From the NCBI GenBank assembly GCA_018263175.1, contig JADFDB010000003.1, positions 1 through 50,170 on the forward strand: a DNA stretch of 50,170 nucleotides. Reading direction: 5' to 3'. The position numbers and the translations under genes are program-made. Below are positions 17,476-29,231 of this stretch, piece by piece; the stretch's first letter is position 1, and each line of letters begins with the position of its first letter. Origin of the DNA: Spirochaetota bacterium (GTDB lineage Bacteria; Spirochaetota; UBA4802; UBA5368). The notes beneath the pieces are model-generated. The model had not been told where the DNA came from and ran no database searches. It saw only the letters and a list, made by a program, of their open reading frames with translations.

Positions 17476-18861
17476 ATGGAACATGCCGCCATACACGAAA
17501 AGGTCTCACGCTTAAGAAAATTCTACGAAACGGGGGCCAGCCGCGATCCCGCTTTCCGGATCGCGATGCTCAAAAAGCTCGCCTCGGCCATACGCGCGTC
17601 CGAGACCGGCATCATGAAGGCGCTTCAGGACGATCTGCACAAATCGGAGTTCGAATCCTACGCCAGTGAGATCGGAATACTGTATCCCGAGATACACCAC
17701 GCCGTGAAAAAGCTTCGCACCTGGGCGAGGCCCGAGCGGGTCCCGACCCCGATCATCCACTTCCTTTCGAGAAGCATCATCTACCGCGAGCCCTACGGAA
17801 CTGCCCTGATCATGAGCCCGTGGAACTATCCCTTTCAGCTCACGATCGCCCCGCTCATTGCGTCCATGGCGGCGGGCAACTGCGCGCTCGTAAAGCCCTC
17901 CGAGCTCTCGCCGGCGACCTCGGCGCTCATCGAGCGCATCGTGCGCGACACCTTCGATCCCTCGTATATCACGGTGGCCCAGGGCGGGGTCGAGACCGCC
18001 ACGGCCGTACTCGATGAAAAATTCGATCTCATCTTCTACACCGGGAGCACCGCCGTAGGGCGCGTGGTGATGACGACCGCGGCAAAGCAACTCACCCCCG
18101 TCGTGCTCGAGCTCGGAGGGAAAAGCCCGACGATCGTCGAGGCGGACGCCCGGCTCGACACCGCCGCAAAGCGGATCGCCTGGGGAAAGTTCTTCAACGC
18201 CGGCCAGACCTGCCTGGCCCCCGATTACCTCCTCGTCCACCGCTCGGTGCGCGACGAGTTCATCGGCCTTTTCATCAGGACCATCCGCGACTTTTTCGGC
18301 GATGATCCGCGCCGTAGCCCCGACTACGCGCGCATCATCAACGAACGGCATTTCGCACGCGTCACCGCGCTCATGCGCGACGGCAGCATCATCCACGGAG
18401 GCCGCACCGCTTCCGACGAGCGCTATATCGAGCCGACGCTGATCGGCGGGGTGAGCCCGACGCACCGCATCATGCATGAGGAAATATTCGGGCCGCTGTT
18501 CCCCATACTCGAATACGACTCACTCGACGAGGTCGTCGCGCTCGTTAACTCCATGCCGCGTCCGCTGGCCATGTACTACTTTACCGGGAGGCCCCGCACG
18601 GCGCGCGCCCTGTTCGCCCGGGTGCATTCGGGCGGGGCCTGCGTCAACGACACCGTCTCGCACGTGGGGAGCCACCACCTGCCCTTCGGCGGCATCGGCG
18701 AGAGCGGCATGGGCGCGTACCACGGGCGCTACGGCTTCGACGCGTTCACGCACCGGCGAAGCGTCCTGATGCGCTCCAACCTGATCGATCTGCCGCTGCG
18801 CTATCCTCCCTACGGCAATAAAGTCTCCCTGCTCAAAAAGCTGTTCCGGCTGCTCGGATAG
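17476..18861 (+). CDS. Aldehyde dehydrogenase (ALDH3/YwdH-like)
   Basis: PWNYP, KPSE, YTGS, LELGGKSP, AGQTC and EEIFGP motifs; ATG 17476. Confidence 0.93.
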   Translation: MEHAAIHEKVSRLRKFYETGASRDPAFRIAMLKKLASAIRASETGIMKALQDDLHKSEFESYASEIGILYPEIHHAVKKLRTWARPERVPTPIIHFLSRSIIYREPYGTALIMSPWNYPFQLTIAPLIASMAAGNCALVKPSELSPATSALIERIVRDTFDPSYITVAQGGVETATAVLDEKFDLIFYTGSTAVGRVVMTTAAKQLTPVVLELGGKSPTIVEADARLDTAAKRIAWGKFFNAGQTCLAPDYLLVHRSVRDEFIGLFIRTIRDFFGDDPRRSPDYARIINERHFARVTALMRDGSIIHGGRTASDERYIEPTLIGGVSPTHRIMHEEIFGPLFPILEYDSLDEVVALVNSMPRPLAMYYFTGRPRTARALFARVHSGGACVNDTVSHVGSHHLPFGGIGESGMGAYHGRYGFDAFTHRRSVLMRSNLIDLPLRYPPYGNKVSLLKKLFRLLG

Positions 18862-18947
18862 AAGCGTTTTCGAGAGGCGGAAAAATGCTTTGACTGCATC
18901 GCCCCGGTCGGGCGATGCTGGCGGCAGATGGAAATCAGGGAACATTG

Positions 18948-21443
<2,496 letters not shown>

Positions 21444-22059
21444 GGATATACCCAAGGCCGAAATTTACGAACAGGACATCATCGCCTACGTCCTCAACCG
21501 CGTCCCCGCGCGCTATATCACCAGCGAGCGCGGCATCATACACGGCAAGCTCGAATCGCGCTTCAAATTCCAGCAACGCACCGATATTCTCTTCCTCATA
21601 CAGGAAGCCATACAGAACATACAGAGCCGCCGGGCCTCGAGTCCCTCGAGCGTCGAGGAGCTTGCGGGTCGGGAACGCATGCTTCCGCACATAATGGGGG
21701 AGGTGCTCGAAGAGACCACCTTCTCCATAATCCCCGGCGTCGAGGTCACGCTCCTCTACAAGGGAAAACCCGCCGCGATGATCGACGAAAGCTGGACGAA
21801 TCCCTATACGACCAACAAGGCGACCAAGGGCTATTTCCACTTCTGGCCCGAGTTCGCGGCGAAGGCGATGGATGAAAAAAAGGATATCCCCTTTACGATT
21901 ACCTTCACCCACCCTAAATTCACGGGCAAGCAGGTTGAACTGTCGCTCCGCGTCCCTGAAAGCACCAATCTCTATGAGTCGCGCATCATCCCCATTACAC
22001 TCATGCAGATAAAAGAGGGCGTTGACATTTCCTTCCTGTATGAATAGGCGAAGACATCG

Positions 22060-23346
22060 ATGAACCATTTAAAGATCACGCTTTTCATCGCACTCGTTCT
22101 CTGCGCCCTGCCCCCGGCGGGGTATGCGCAGGTAAGGGGGACCGGCATGGGCAACCTCGTAACGGTGATCTCCGACGGACCGTTCGACGCAGGACGAAAT
22201 CCCGCCCTGCTCGCCCTGCAGCCGTCCGACAGCGCCATCGCCGCCTACCTCCGCTACCGGTCGATGGAGGATACCGACACCGACTATAAAGCATCGCTGA
22301 CCATCGACGTCGGGGAGCCGTCGACCGTCAATGCCGGCGGCGTGGCCGCGTATTCGAAGAAGCTTGGAGGCGCGGTGCTGGGATTCGCCATCGGCGAGAT
22401 GGGGGAAGACCTGTTTTCCCTCAGGGAAACGAAGACCACGTACTTCTCCACCTTTGAGGAGAAGGAAAAGGAAAAGATATTCGAGGCCAACCCTTCACTC
22501 GCGCTCGCGCTCGCCCTGCCTCTCGACAATGGCGCCTCTATCGGCTTCCAGTTAATCGTTACCGGGGGATATAAACACACAGATAAAACCAAAGACTACT
22601 GGAACGGCGCCGTTAAAATAGCAACTCTCGATACTCGTAAAAAAGAAGAATCGCTTTCAGCACGCGCCGGATTCGGCTATTCGATACGGAAGAACAATAC
22701 ACAGGCCGGGTTCTTGCTGCGTTCGGGCGATGTCACGCTTCGACATCAGTCACTCGACTACGATCATAAAGATCTCGACTCCGGCTATTATCCCAGTGGC
22801 GAAGACCGTACACCATATAAAGTGTATTATACCAAGGCCCCCCAATTTGCAATAGGGGGTTATCATCGCCTCTCACCGCTTATCGGCATCGCACTCGAGG
22901 CTTTATATACTCTTCCCAATACCACCTATAACCGGGAACGCGACACATCGACAAGTGTTAACATTGCGCCCACAAACGACTCCATCACCCCGTTCTCTCG
23001 CAACTACACCATCACCACCGACGCTTCGATGCAGTTCAAGGGGGGAGTCGAATTCAATGTGAGGGAAGGGCTCGCCTTCACCTTCGGCACCGGATACGAC
23101 TACCGGGAATCCTCCCAGGAGAGCGAGACCACCGGGCATGTCAGCATACGGTCAAAGATGGAGATCCTCTACGCGACGCTGGGGGCGCACTATTCACTGA
23201 ACCAGGCCACCGGCGTTTCGGTGCTCGTTTCCGGCGGGCGCGTAAAAATGGACGCTAAGCTCGAACAGGAAAGCCTGTACTCGGCGGATATCGAAAGCAC
23301 GGTGCTGATAATCGACGCCGGCGTGGCCGTCATAACGCGGTACTGA
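22060..23346 (+). CDS. Outer-membrane beta-barrel protein (FadL/OmpP1-like, tentative)
   Basis: Signal peptide, G.GMGN...NPALLA hatch-like motif, amphipathic beta strands, C-terminal aromatic (TRY). Confidence 0.7.
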   Translation: MNHLKITLFIALVLCALPPAGYAQVRGTGMGNLVTVISDGPFDAGRNPALLALQPSDSAIAAYLRYRSMEDTDTDYKASLTIDVGEPSTVNAGGVAAYSKKLGGAVLGFAIGEMGEDLFSLRETKTTYFSTFEEKEKEKIFEANPSLALALALPLDNGASIGFQLIVTGGYKHTDKTKDYWNGAVKIATLDTRKKEESLSARAGFGYSIRKNNTQAGFLLRSGDVTLRHQSLDYDHKDLDSGYYPSGEDRTPYKVYYTKAPQFAIGGYHRLSPLIGIALEALYTLPNTTYNRERDTSTSVNIAPTNDSITPFSRNYTITTDASMQFKGGVEFNVREGLAFTFGTGYDYRESSQESETTGHVSIRSKMEILYATLGAHYSLNQATGVSVLVSGGRVKMDAKLEQESLYSADIESTVLIIDAGVAVITRY

Positions 23347-23355
23347 TCCGGGACC

Positions 23356-25533
23356 TCAACCCATCACCTCGTCGAGAAACCGCTCCACGCGCCGGAACAC
23401 CCTGAGCGAGCCCTCGCCGTTCACTATGCCGTGCCGCTCGGCATAGAGCCTGCAGAGCTCCTTGTCGGTTCCGCCGATCAGGTCGAAGATCTGGATGCCA
23501 CTCACCGGGTTCACTACCGGGTCCTTCGACCCCTGCACGATGAGCGCGGGGATGTGAAGGTCTTTAAGCCGTTTCTCGACCACATCCATGAATTTCTCGA
23601 GCTGGGCGACCCCGGTGATCGGATTTCGGAAATAGTTGATGTGGCGGTTTTCCGGGTCGTTCTTTACGTATTCCATCTTCCCTTTTCCAAGCTTGAGCCT
23701 GCCGAGAAAGCTGTTCCACAGCACCACCGTGGAGGCCAGGCGCGAGCCGATATTGTTGACCTTGAGCGGAGCGTTAATCGAAACGACCCCGTTGAAGGCA
23801 TCGCCCTTGTTGATCGCCTGGAAGAGCGCCACTCCCGCCCCGGTCGAGAACCCCGCCACCGCCACTTTTTTCACCGAGTTTTTCAGCACGATATAGCCCC
23901 GGTTGGCCGACTCGTACCATTCCTCCCAGTTGCGGGAAGCCAGGTCCTCCGGAGCGGTGCCGTGGCCCCGGAGACGAACGCCGTACACCGTGTACCCGGC
24001 GCGGTACAGGTACTCTCCGAGCGCGCGGACCTCCTCGGGCGCCGCCATATAGCCATGGATGAGCAGAAGGCCCTTCCGGGAGAAACAGCGTTTTAACAAA
24101 AACGGCCTGCCGATGTTCCTCGGCTTGCTCTCCCCGTCGAGGTAATATTTTTCATAGTCGCTTTCAAAGACGTCCCGGTCCAGGTCGAGGAACATCTTTC
24201 TGAGCTTCCTGCGGACCAGGCACGACGGAAGGCGCATGACCGAATTCAGGGCCGCCGAGACCTCCCTGAGCGGCTCGATCTCGTTTTTAAGCACCTCGAC
24301 GATATTGTCCCTGCGGATGTCATGGAACTCCTGAAGCCGCGAAAAGCGCTCCCGGTTCTTGTAGATCACGCCGCGCTCCTCGACCACGAGCCCGTCCGAC
24401 TTGGCCGCGTCCATAAAGCTCTCGAAGCGCCTGTGCGGATCGCCCGTCAGCAGGTAACGCTGTTTGAGGAAGAGCGTGGTGTGCGACGACTGCATCGGAA
24501 GCCCCTGTATCCGGTTAAGCGCGAGAAAGGCCCGATTCTTGAAATCCTGCACGTCGATCCGCTTTCTCCGATACTTTTTGAGAAGGCAGGCGAAAACATG
24601 GTCGTGGTTGACGGTCGTCAGTCCGTAGATCGATTCCATATAGCGCTGCATCAGCGCGATTGCCTCGCGGCGGAAGCGAAGGGTCCCCTTCATCTCGTCT
24701 CTCGAGAGATAGAGGCCGCGGTCGCGCACGAGGCGCTCGCAGCCTCTCCCCGACAGGTAGGCGCGCGGGGCGATGGCCGGTCCGAAGTTGATGTCGATAT
24801 CGACCCCCTCGCTCAGCATCGTTCCCTCCACTTCAAGCTCCTCCTCGATGCGGTCCGGAAGCTTTTCGACGAAAAGATGGGCCAGCCTGTTGACGATGTT
24901 ATTGCGTGCCCGGATCGGGAAATAGGTGATGTTGACGGGGATGATGACGCTCTCCATCTGCGCGCATTCCATGGCCTTTTCATACGAAGCGATGCCGAAG
25001 TACGCCATGTACTCGTTCACCGCTTCGGCGTTTCCCTCCTCGAGAAAATGCGCGAGCTTGGCCCGGTAGAACTCCGCTCTGAGCGCGAGCAGTCCCGCGC
25101 CCGTGTGGGGAGGACGGCGGATCCCCGCGTTGTAGATCATGAACTTGCCGTGCTCGACGAGCTTTTTATCTTTGACCATCTGGCCCTCGGGAAAGATCAG
25201 ACACGAGCGGTCTCCCCGGATCAGCCCGCCGATCATCTTCCTGTCGCGCTCAGGATCGCGCGTCGAAATCGCGCCGAGCCTCTCGAGGTATTTGCCGAAT
25301 CCGCCGCTGAAAAAACTATAGTGGGCCAGAGCGAGCAGGTCCATGCCGGAGGCCTTCTCGAGTATATACGGCAGAAAAAAGGTCTCCATCCGCGTAAAAT
25401 GGTTCACGACGTAAACCGCCGGCCCGGAGGGCAGGTGTTCCTCGCCGTGCGTACGGATATCGGCCCTCGTCGCCTTTATCAGGGCCTGAAGCGCGAGCTT
25501 GGTCGCCCCCTTCAGGAAACCGGAAGTCTTCAT
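23356..25533 (-). CDS. Acyltransferase (PlsC/PlsB-like) fused to an alpha/beta hydrolase
   Basis: NHFTRMET and IFPEG acyltransferase blocks; C-terminal LIHGY, GHGT, GFSTG, DPVV and RH triad motifs. Confidence 0.88.
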   Translation of the reverse strand: MKTSGFLKGATKLALQALIKATRADIRTHGEEHLPSGPAVYVVNHFTRMETFFLPYILEKASGMDLLALAHYSFFSGGFGKYLERLGAISTRDPERDRKMIGGLIRGDRSCLIFPEGQMVKDKKLVEHGKFMIYNAGIRRPPHTGAGLLALRAEFYRAKLAHFLEEGNAEAVNEYMAYFGIASYEKAMECAQMESVIIPVNITYFPIRARNNIVNRLAHLFVEKLPDRIEEELEVEGTMLSEGVDIDINFGPAIAPRAYLSGRGCERLVRDRGLYLSRDEMKGTLRFRREAIALMQRYMESIYGLTTVNHDHVFACLLKKYRRKRIDVQDFKNRAFLALNRIQGLPMQSSHTTLFLKQRYLLTGDPHRRFESFMDAAKSDGLVVEERGVIYKNRERFSRLQEFHDIRRDNIVEVLKNEIEPLREVSAALNSVMRLPSCLVRRKLRKMFLDLDRDVFESDYEKYYLDGESKPRNIGRPFLLKRCFSRKGLLLIHGYMAAPEEVRALGEYLYRAGYTVYGVRLRGHGTAPEDLASRNWEEWYESANRGYIVLKNSVKKVAVAGFSTGAGVALFQAINKGDAFNGVVSINAPLKVNNIGSRLASTVVLWNSFLGRLKLGKGKMEYVKNDPENRHINYFRNPITGVAQLEKFMDVVEKRLKDLHIPALIVQGSKDPVVNPVSGIQIFDLIGGTDKELCRLYAERHGIVNGEGSLRVFRRVERFLDEVMG

Positions 25534-25640
25534 TATCGTACCATCCTCATTCCATAATCAGGCGGATGCCCGCCTGTTCGGAGCGTGCTCCCGTACGCGT
25601 CGCGGGAATACGCCGCCCCCCCTCCGGAGGTGCGTCATCG

Positions 25641-26057
25641 CTAATACCTGCGCGTCAGGTAGTCGGCGATGATATCACCGTGATCGAACGCGATGTCGGC
25701 CGGCAGTTCGCTGCGGGCGAACACCGCCGCCAGGGCCGCGTCATCGGCCCCCACGGGCCTGCCCGACGCGCGCGCGATAAACACCGTGCTGATCGTGTGC
25801 CCGCGCGGGTCGCGCCGCGGGTCCGAATACGAATGGAACTGCCGCACCAGCTCCACGTGAAGCGAGGTCTCCTCGAGCGCCTCCCGCACGGCCGCCGACT
25901 CGAGTGATTCGCCGTAATCGACGAAGCCCCCCGGAAGCGCCCATCCGTACGGCGGATTCTTCCGGCGTATCAGCACGATCCCCGTACCGCCGTCCGGGTG
26001 CTCGGCTTCAATGATGATATCCACGGTCGGCGCCGGGTTGCGATACGCATCAGCCAT
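25641..26057 (-). CDS. NUDIX hydrolase
   Basis: [24 protein letters not shown] Nudix box; RDPR, AFDH. Confidence 0.93.
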   Translation of the reverse strand: MADAYRNPAPTVDIIIEAEHPDGGTGIVLIRRKNPPYGWALPGGFVDYGESLESAAVREALEETSLHVELVRQFHSYSDPRRDPRGHTISTVFIARASGRPVGADDAALAAVFARSELPADIAFDHGDIIADYLTRRY

Positions 26058-26060
26058 CCT

Positions 26061-27176
26061 CTACGCGGTCCTCCTGTCGAAATAGCGCGTCAGCGTCACC
26101 TCCCTTCCCTCCTCGTCGAAGGAGGCCTGGAAAACATTTCGTACGAGATGCAGCCCCACCCCGTGATAGCTCTCGAAGATCCGCTCCTCGATACCCTCCG
26201 GAGCGGTGCCGAGGTATTTCCCCCAGTCGAAACCCCGCCCCTCGTCACGTACCGCGTACACTACCTTGTCTGCATCGAGCTGATACGACACGTAGACCCT
26301 CCTGTTTTTAAGGAAATCCTGATTCGATTCGGTGATGACGACGTCCCAGTAGTTGCCCTTCCTCTTTTTCAACTCCGTCTTTCTGTCGAAATCGATTTCA
26401 AGGTTTCCGTGCTCCACGGCGTTGATCAGCACCTCCTGCAGAGCCATCTGCACAAGGTACACCTGGCTGCGATTCAGGTAGCGCTGGAGGTTGCGCGTGA
26501 GTCGATACGAGAGACTGCACAGCAGTGCCAGGTTGTTCTCCATTACATAGTGGCTCGTTTCACGTTCCAGAAACATTCCCGCCAGCATATCGTCCGCCAC
26601 CGGGCGCCCCGTTACGAGTATGTTCTGGAGCTCGCCCTCCTCCTGGATCGGAATCATGCGAAAACTTACGGTCCGTATATCGCCGTTTGAATGGTCCCGG
26701 AGCGGACAGGTGAATTCGGCCTCGTTCCCCCAGAACACGTCCCGGAAGCGGTCGAGCAGGAGGTAGCCGAGGTGCGCGTCCTTTTCCAGAATGCTCCGGT
26801 CGAGTATCCGGCGCAGGGGCTTGCCGACAAGCTCGTCTTTCGGAATGTCGACGAGCCGGTCGAAATTCCGATTGAACGCGACTATCTGGCCGTACATGTT
26901 GAGTACGATGAAGATCTCATCGGTGTGATCCATCATCAGGTTTTTCCACCCGATCTCGTAGCTCAGATCCTCGATCGATTCCCGCATCTCTCCGGCCTTT
27001 TTGCGGTATACCCAGATCGCCGCGGGTGAGACGATAACCAGGATGATCCATAACAGCATTACTTCGTCGGAAGAGGGAAACCGCCGGTACAGCGCGAGCG
27101 AAGACGCGAGCCACAGCAGGGGAAGCGCGACGACGCTCGTCGCGAGATATACCGCGAGCGCCCCGGTCATCGGCAT
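26061..27176 (-). CDS. Membrane-bound PAS + HATPase_c (RsbW-like Ser kinase/anti-sigma) protein
   Basis: 2 TM segments; PAS-like G.IV.FN..F..L; EVLINAVEHGN, DEGRGFD and HGVGL motifs; no HisKA H-box seen. Confidence 0.8.
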   Translation of the reverse strand: MPMTGALAVYLATSVVALPLLWLASSLALYRRFPSSDEVMLLWIILVIVSPAAIWVYRKKAGEMRESIEDLSYEIGWKNLMMDHTDEIFIVLNMYGQIVAFNRNFDRLVDIPKDELVGKPLRRILDRSILEKDAHLGYLLLDRFRDVFWGNEAEFTCPLRDHSNGDIRTVSFRMIPIQEEGELQNILVTGRPVADDMLAGMFLERETSHYVMENNLALLCSLSYRLTRNLQRYLNRSQVYLVQMALQEVLINAVEHGNLEIDFDRKTELKKRKGNYWDVVITESNQDFLKNRRVYVSYQLDADKVVYAVRDEGRGFDWGKYLGTAPEGIEERIFESYHGVGLHLVRNVFQASFDEEGREVTLTRYFDRRTA

Positions 27177-27643
27177 CGTCCCCGCCCTTCCAAAACACGC
27201 GGAAACCACGCGTCCCGGCAGCGCAAAAAGACGCGCATACCAATGTTTATTTTTAGCTGTCAGGAAAGGCCTCCTTCATGCCGCCCTATGGCATAGTGAA
27301 GTCCGTGAAAACGAAATAAATCAAGCATATTTGACCCGGCGAGCGCATATAACGCCATGCTTCAACCCGCCGTTGAATGGAAAACCCGAGCTAATCTCAC
27401 GACCATGGGCGTACCGCTCCGCCGCCGCACTTCCGAACAGTGCCCTCTTTCCGCGCCGCGGGCGGCGGCCCGCGGAAGAGCTTCGCCCGGGGCGCTAATT
27501 GTTCTTGAAAAATCAGGCCGACTGCGGTAGGACGTGAATAACGAGGGGCTGTGCCCTTTCCCGTTAAGCGTCGGGACGGCTTCGGCGTACGGCTATTCAG
27601 ATTATAATCGAGCGTCGTCATCTGACGAACATCGAGGCGGTAC

Positions 27644-29026
27644 ATGGACAATGAGCATCTTGCGTTGATGATCTTCAATCGAATCGACAAGTTCGGCGGC
27701 AGGATCGCGATGCGCTACCGGACGCCCTCGGGCTGGAGGGACATCACCTGGTACACCCTCGGCGAACAGATCATGAGCGTCGCCAAGGCCCTCATCGAGT
27801 CGGGAATCAACGAGGGCGACCGGATCGGTATTTACGCGTCTAACTGTCCCGAATGGCACATCGCCGATTTCGCCATCGCCGCCGTCGGCGCGGTTTCAGT
27901 CCCCGTCTTCAGCGCCTTTTCCTCCGAGCAGCTTGAATATATCATCAATCGCGCCGGCGTCAAGCTCCTCTTCGTCGGAGACGAGGAGCGCTACAACAGG
28001 GCGATGCGCTTTTACCTTTCCTCGGACTACCTTCAGCGCGTCATCGTTTTCAACGGGCTTTCCGAGCGGACGAGCGTGCCGCAGAACCAGTCGCTGTCTG
28101 ATTTCCTCGAGATGGGGCGAAAGTCGAAGCGCGAAAAAGACGTCAGGGGCCGCCTGTCCCACGCATCGAGCGACGATTACGCGAGCATCATCTATACACC
28201 CGGCACCACGGGAGAGCCGAAGGGCGTCATCCTCACCCACGCCACCTTTCATCACCAGATCAAGGCGCTTGCCGCCCTCTTCCCCCTGACCGAAAACGAC
28301 ACCTCTCTCTGCTACCTCCCGCTCAGCCGCGCGTTCGAGCGCACCTGGTCCTACTTCATCCTGAGCCGCGGCGCCGCCAACTGCTACTGCGACGACCACA
28401 GCAGAGCCTGGGAATACATGCTCGATGTCGAGCCCACCTGCATGACCGCGCCGCCTTCGTTCTACCAGAAGCTCTACGCCTCCATACACGAGAGCATGGC
28501 AGCCGATTCGCCCTTCCGGCAGTCGCTGTACCGGTGGGCGATCGATACCGCCAAGGTCCTCGCCCGCTACAAGCGGGAGATGCGTCCATACACGCGCGGC
28601 CTGCGCCTGCAGCACCGGCTGACCGCCATGATCCTCAGGGAAAAGATAATGCGCTTTGTCGGGAAACGCGTGCGCTTCCTGATCTCGGGAGGCGTCGCCC
28701 TGCCGCGTGAGATCGAGGAGCTCTTCTATGCGGCGGGGATCCAGATATATCAGGGCTATGGCCTTACCGAGTCCGCCTCGCTCGTGACGATCAACTCGCC
28801 GGGAAACTTCATGTTCGGTACAGCCGGCAAACCGCTCGATCAGTGCGAGGTCCGCATCTCCGAGAAGGGGGAAATCCTCGCCCGCGGACCCAACATGATG
28901 GCCGGTTATTACAAGGTGACCGGCGACGCCATCGACACCTTCGACGAAGAGCGATGGCTCAGGACCGGCGACCTCGGCGTTTTCGAGAACGGCTTCCTGC
29001 GCTATCTGGGCCGAAAAACTGCTTGA
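27644..29026 (+). CDS. Long-chain acyl-CoA ligase-like AMP-binding protein lacking the C-terminal subdomain
   Basis: YTPGTTGEPKG, QGYGLTE, GEILARGPNMM.GY and RTGDLG motifs; stops at GRKTA*. Confidence 0.8.
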   Translation: MDNEHLALMIFNRIDKFGGRIAMRYRTPSGWRDITWYTLGEQIMSVAKALIESGINEGDRIGIYASNCPEWHIADFAIAAVGAVSVPVFSAFSSEQLEYIINRAGVKLLFVGDEERYNRAMRFYLSSDYLQRVIVFNGLSERTSVPQNQSLSDFLEMGRKSKREKDVRGRLSHASSDDYASIIYTPGTTGEPKGVILTHATFHHQIKALAALFPLTENDTSLCYLPLSRAFERTWSYFILSRGAANCYCDDHSRAWEYMLDVEPTCMTAPPSFYQKLYASIHESMAADSPFRQSLYRWAIDTAKVLARYKREMRPYTRGLRLQHRLTAMILREKIMRFVGKRVRFLISGGVALPREIEELFYAAGIQIYQGYGLTESASLVTINSPGNFMFGTAGKPLDQCEVRISEKGEILARGPNMMAGYYKVTGDAIDTFDEERWLRTGDLGVFENGFLRYLGRKTA

Positions 29027-29231
29027 AAAATCGCGTTCGTTCTCCAAACATGCCTTTTTTCGTGACAATGGTTGAAAGGGCGGTATACTCATCGTACCCT
29101 GAAACCGGACGCTCGCGGAGACTATTGGATCGGGACGGGAATCGGAGGTCCGCATCCGGTCCGGCGTACGGCAGGAAATCCCCGCGCGTACACGACCTCA
29201 CGGACGATACAAGCCCCACATTGATCGAGCG

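Noticed and set aside
29027-29231. T-box, riboswitch or Ile/Leu leader peptide upstream of cimA
   Set aside because: No T-box consensus, no terminator with a U-tract and no Ile/Leu-rich uORF seen.
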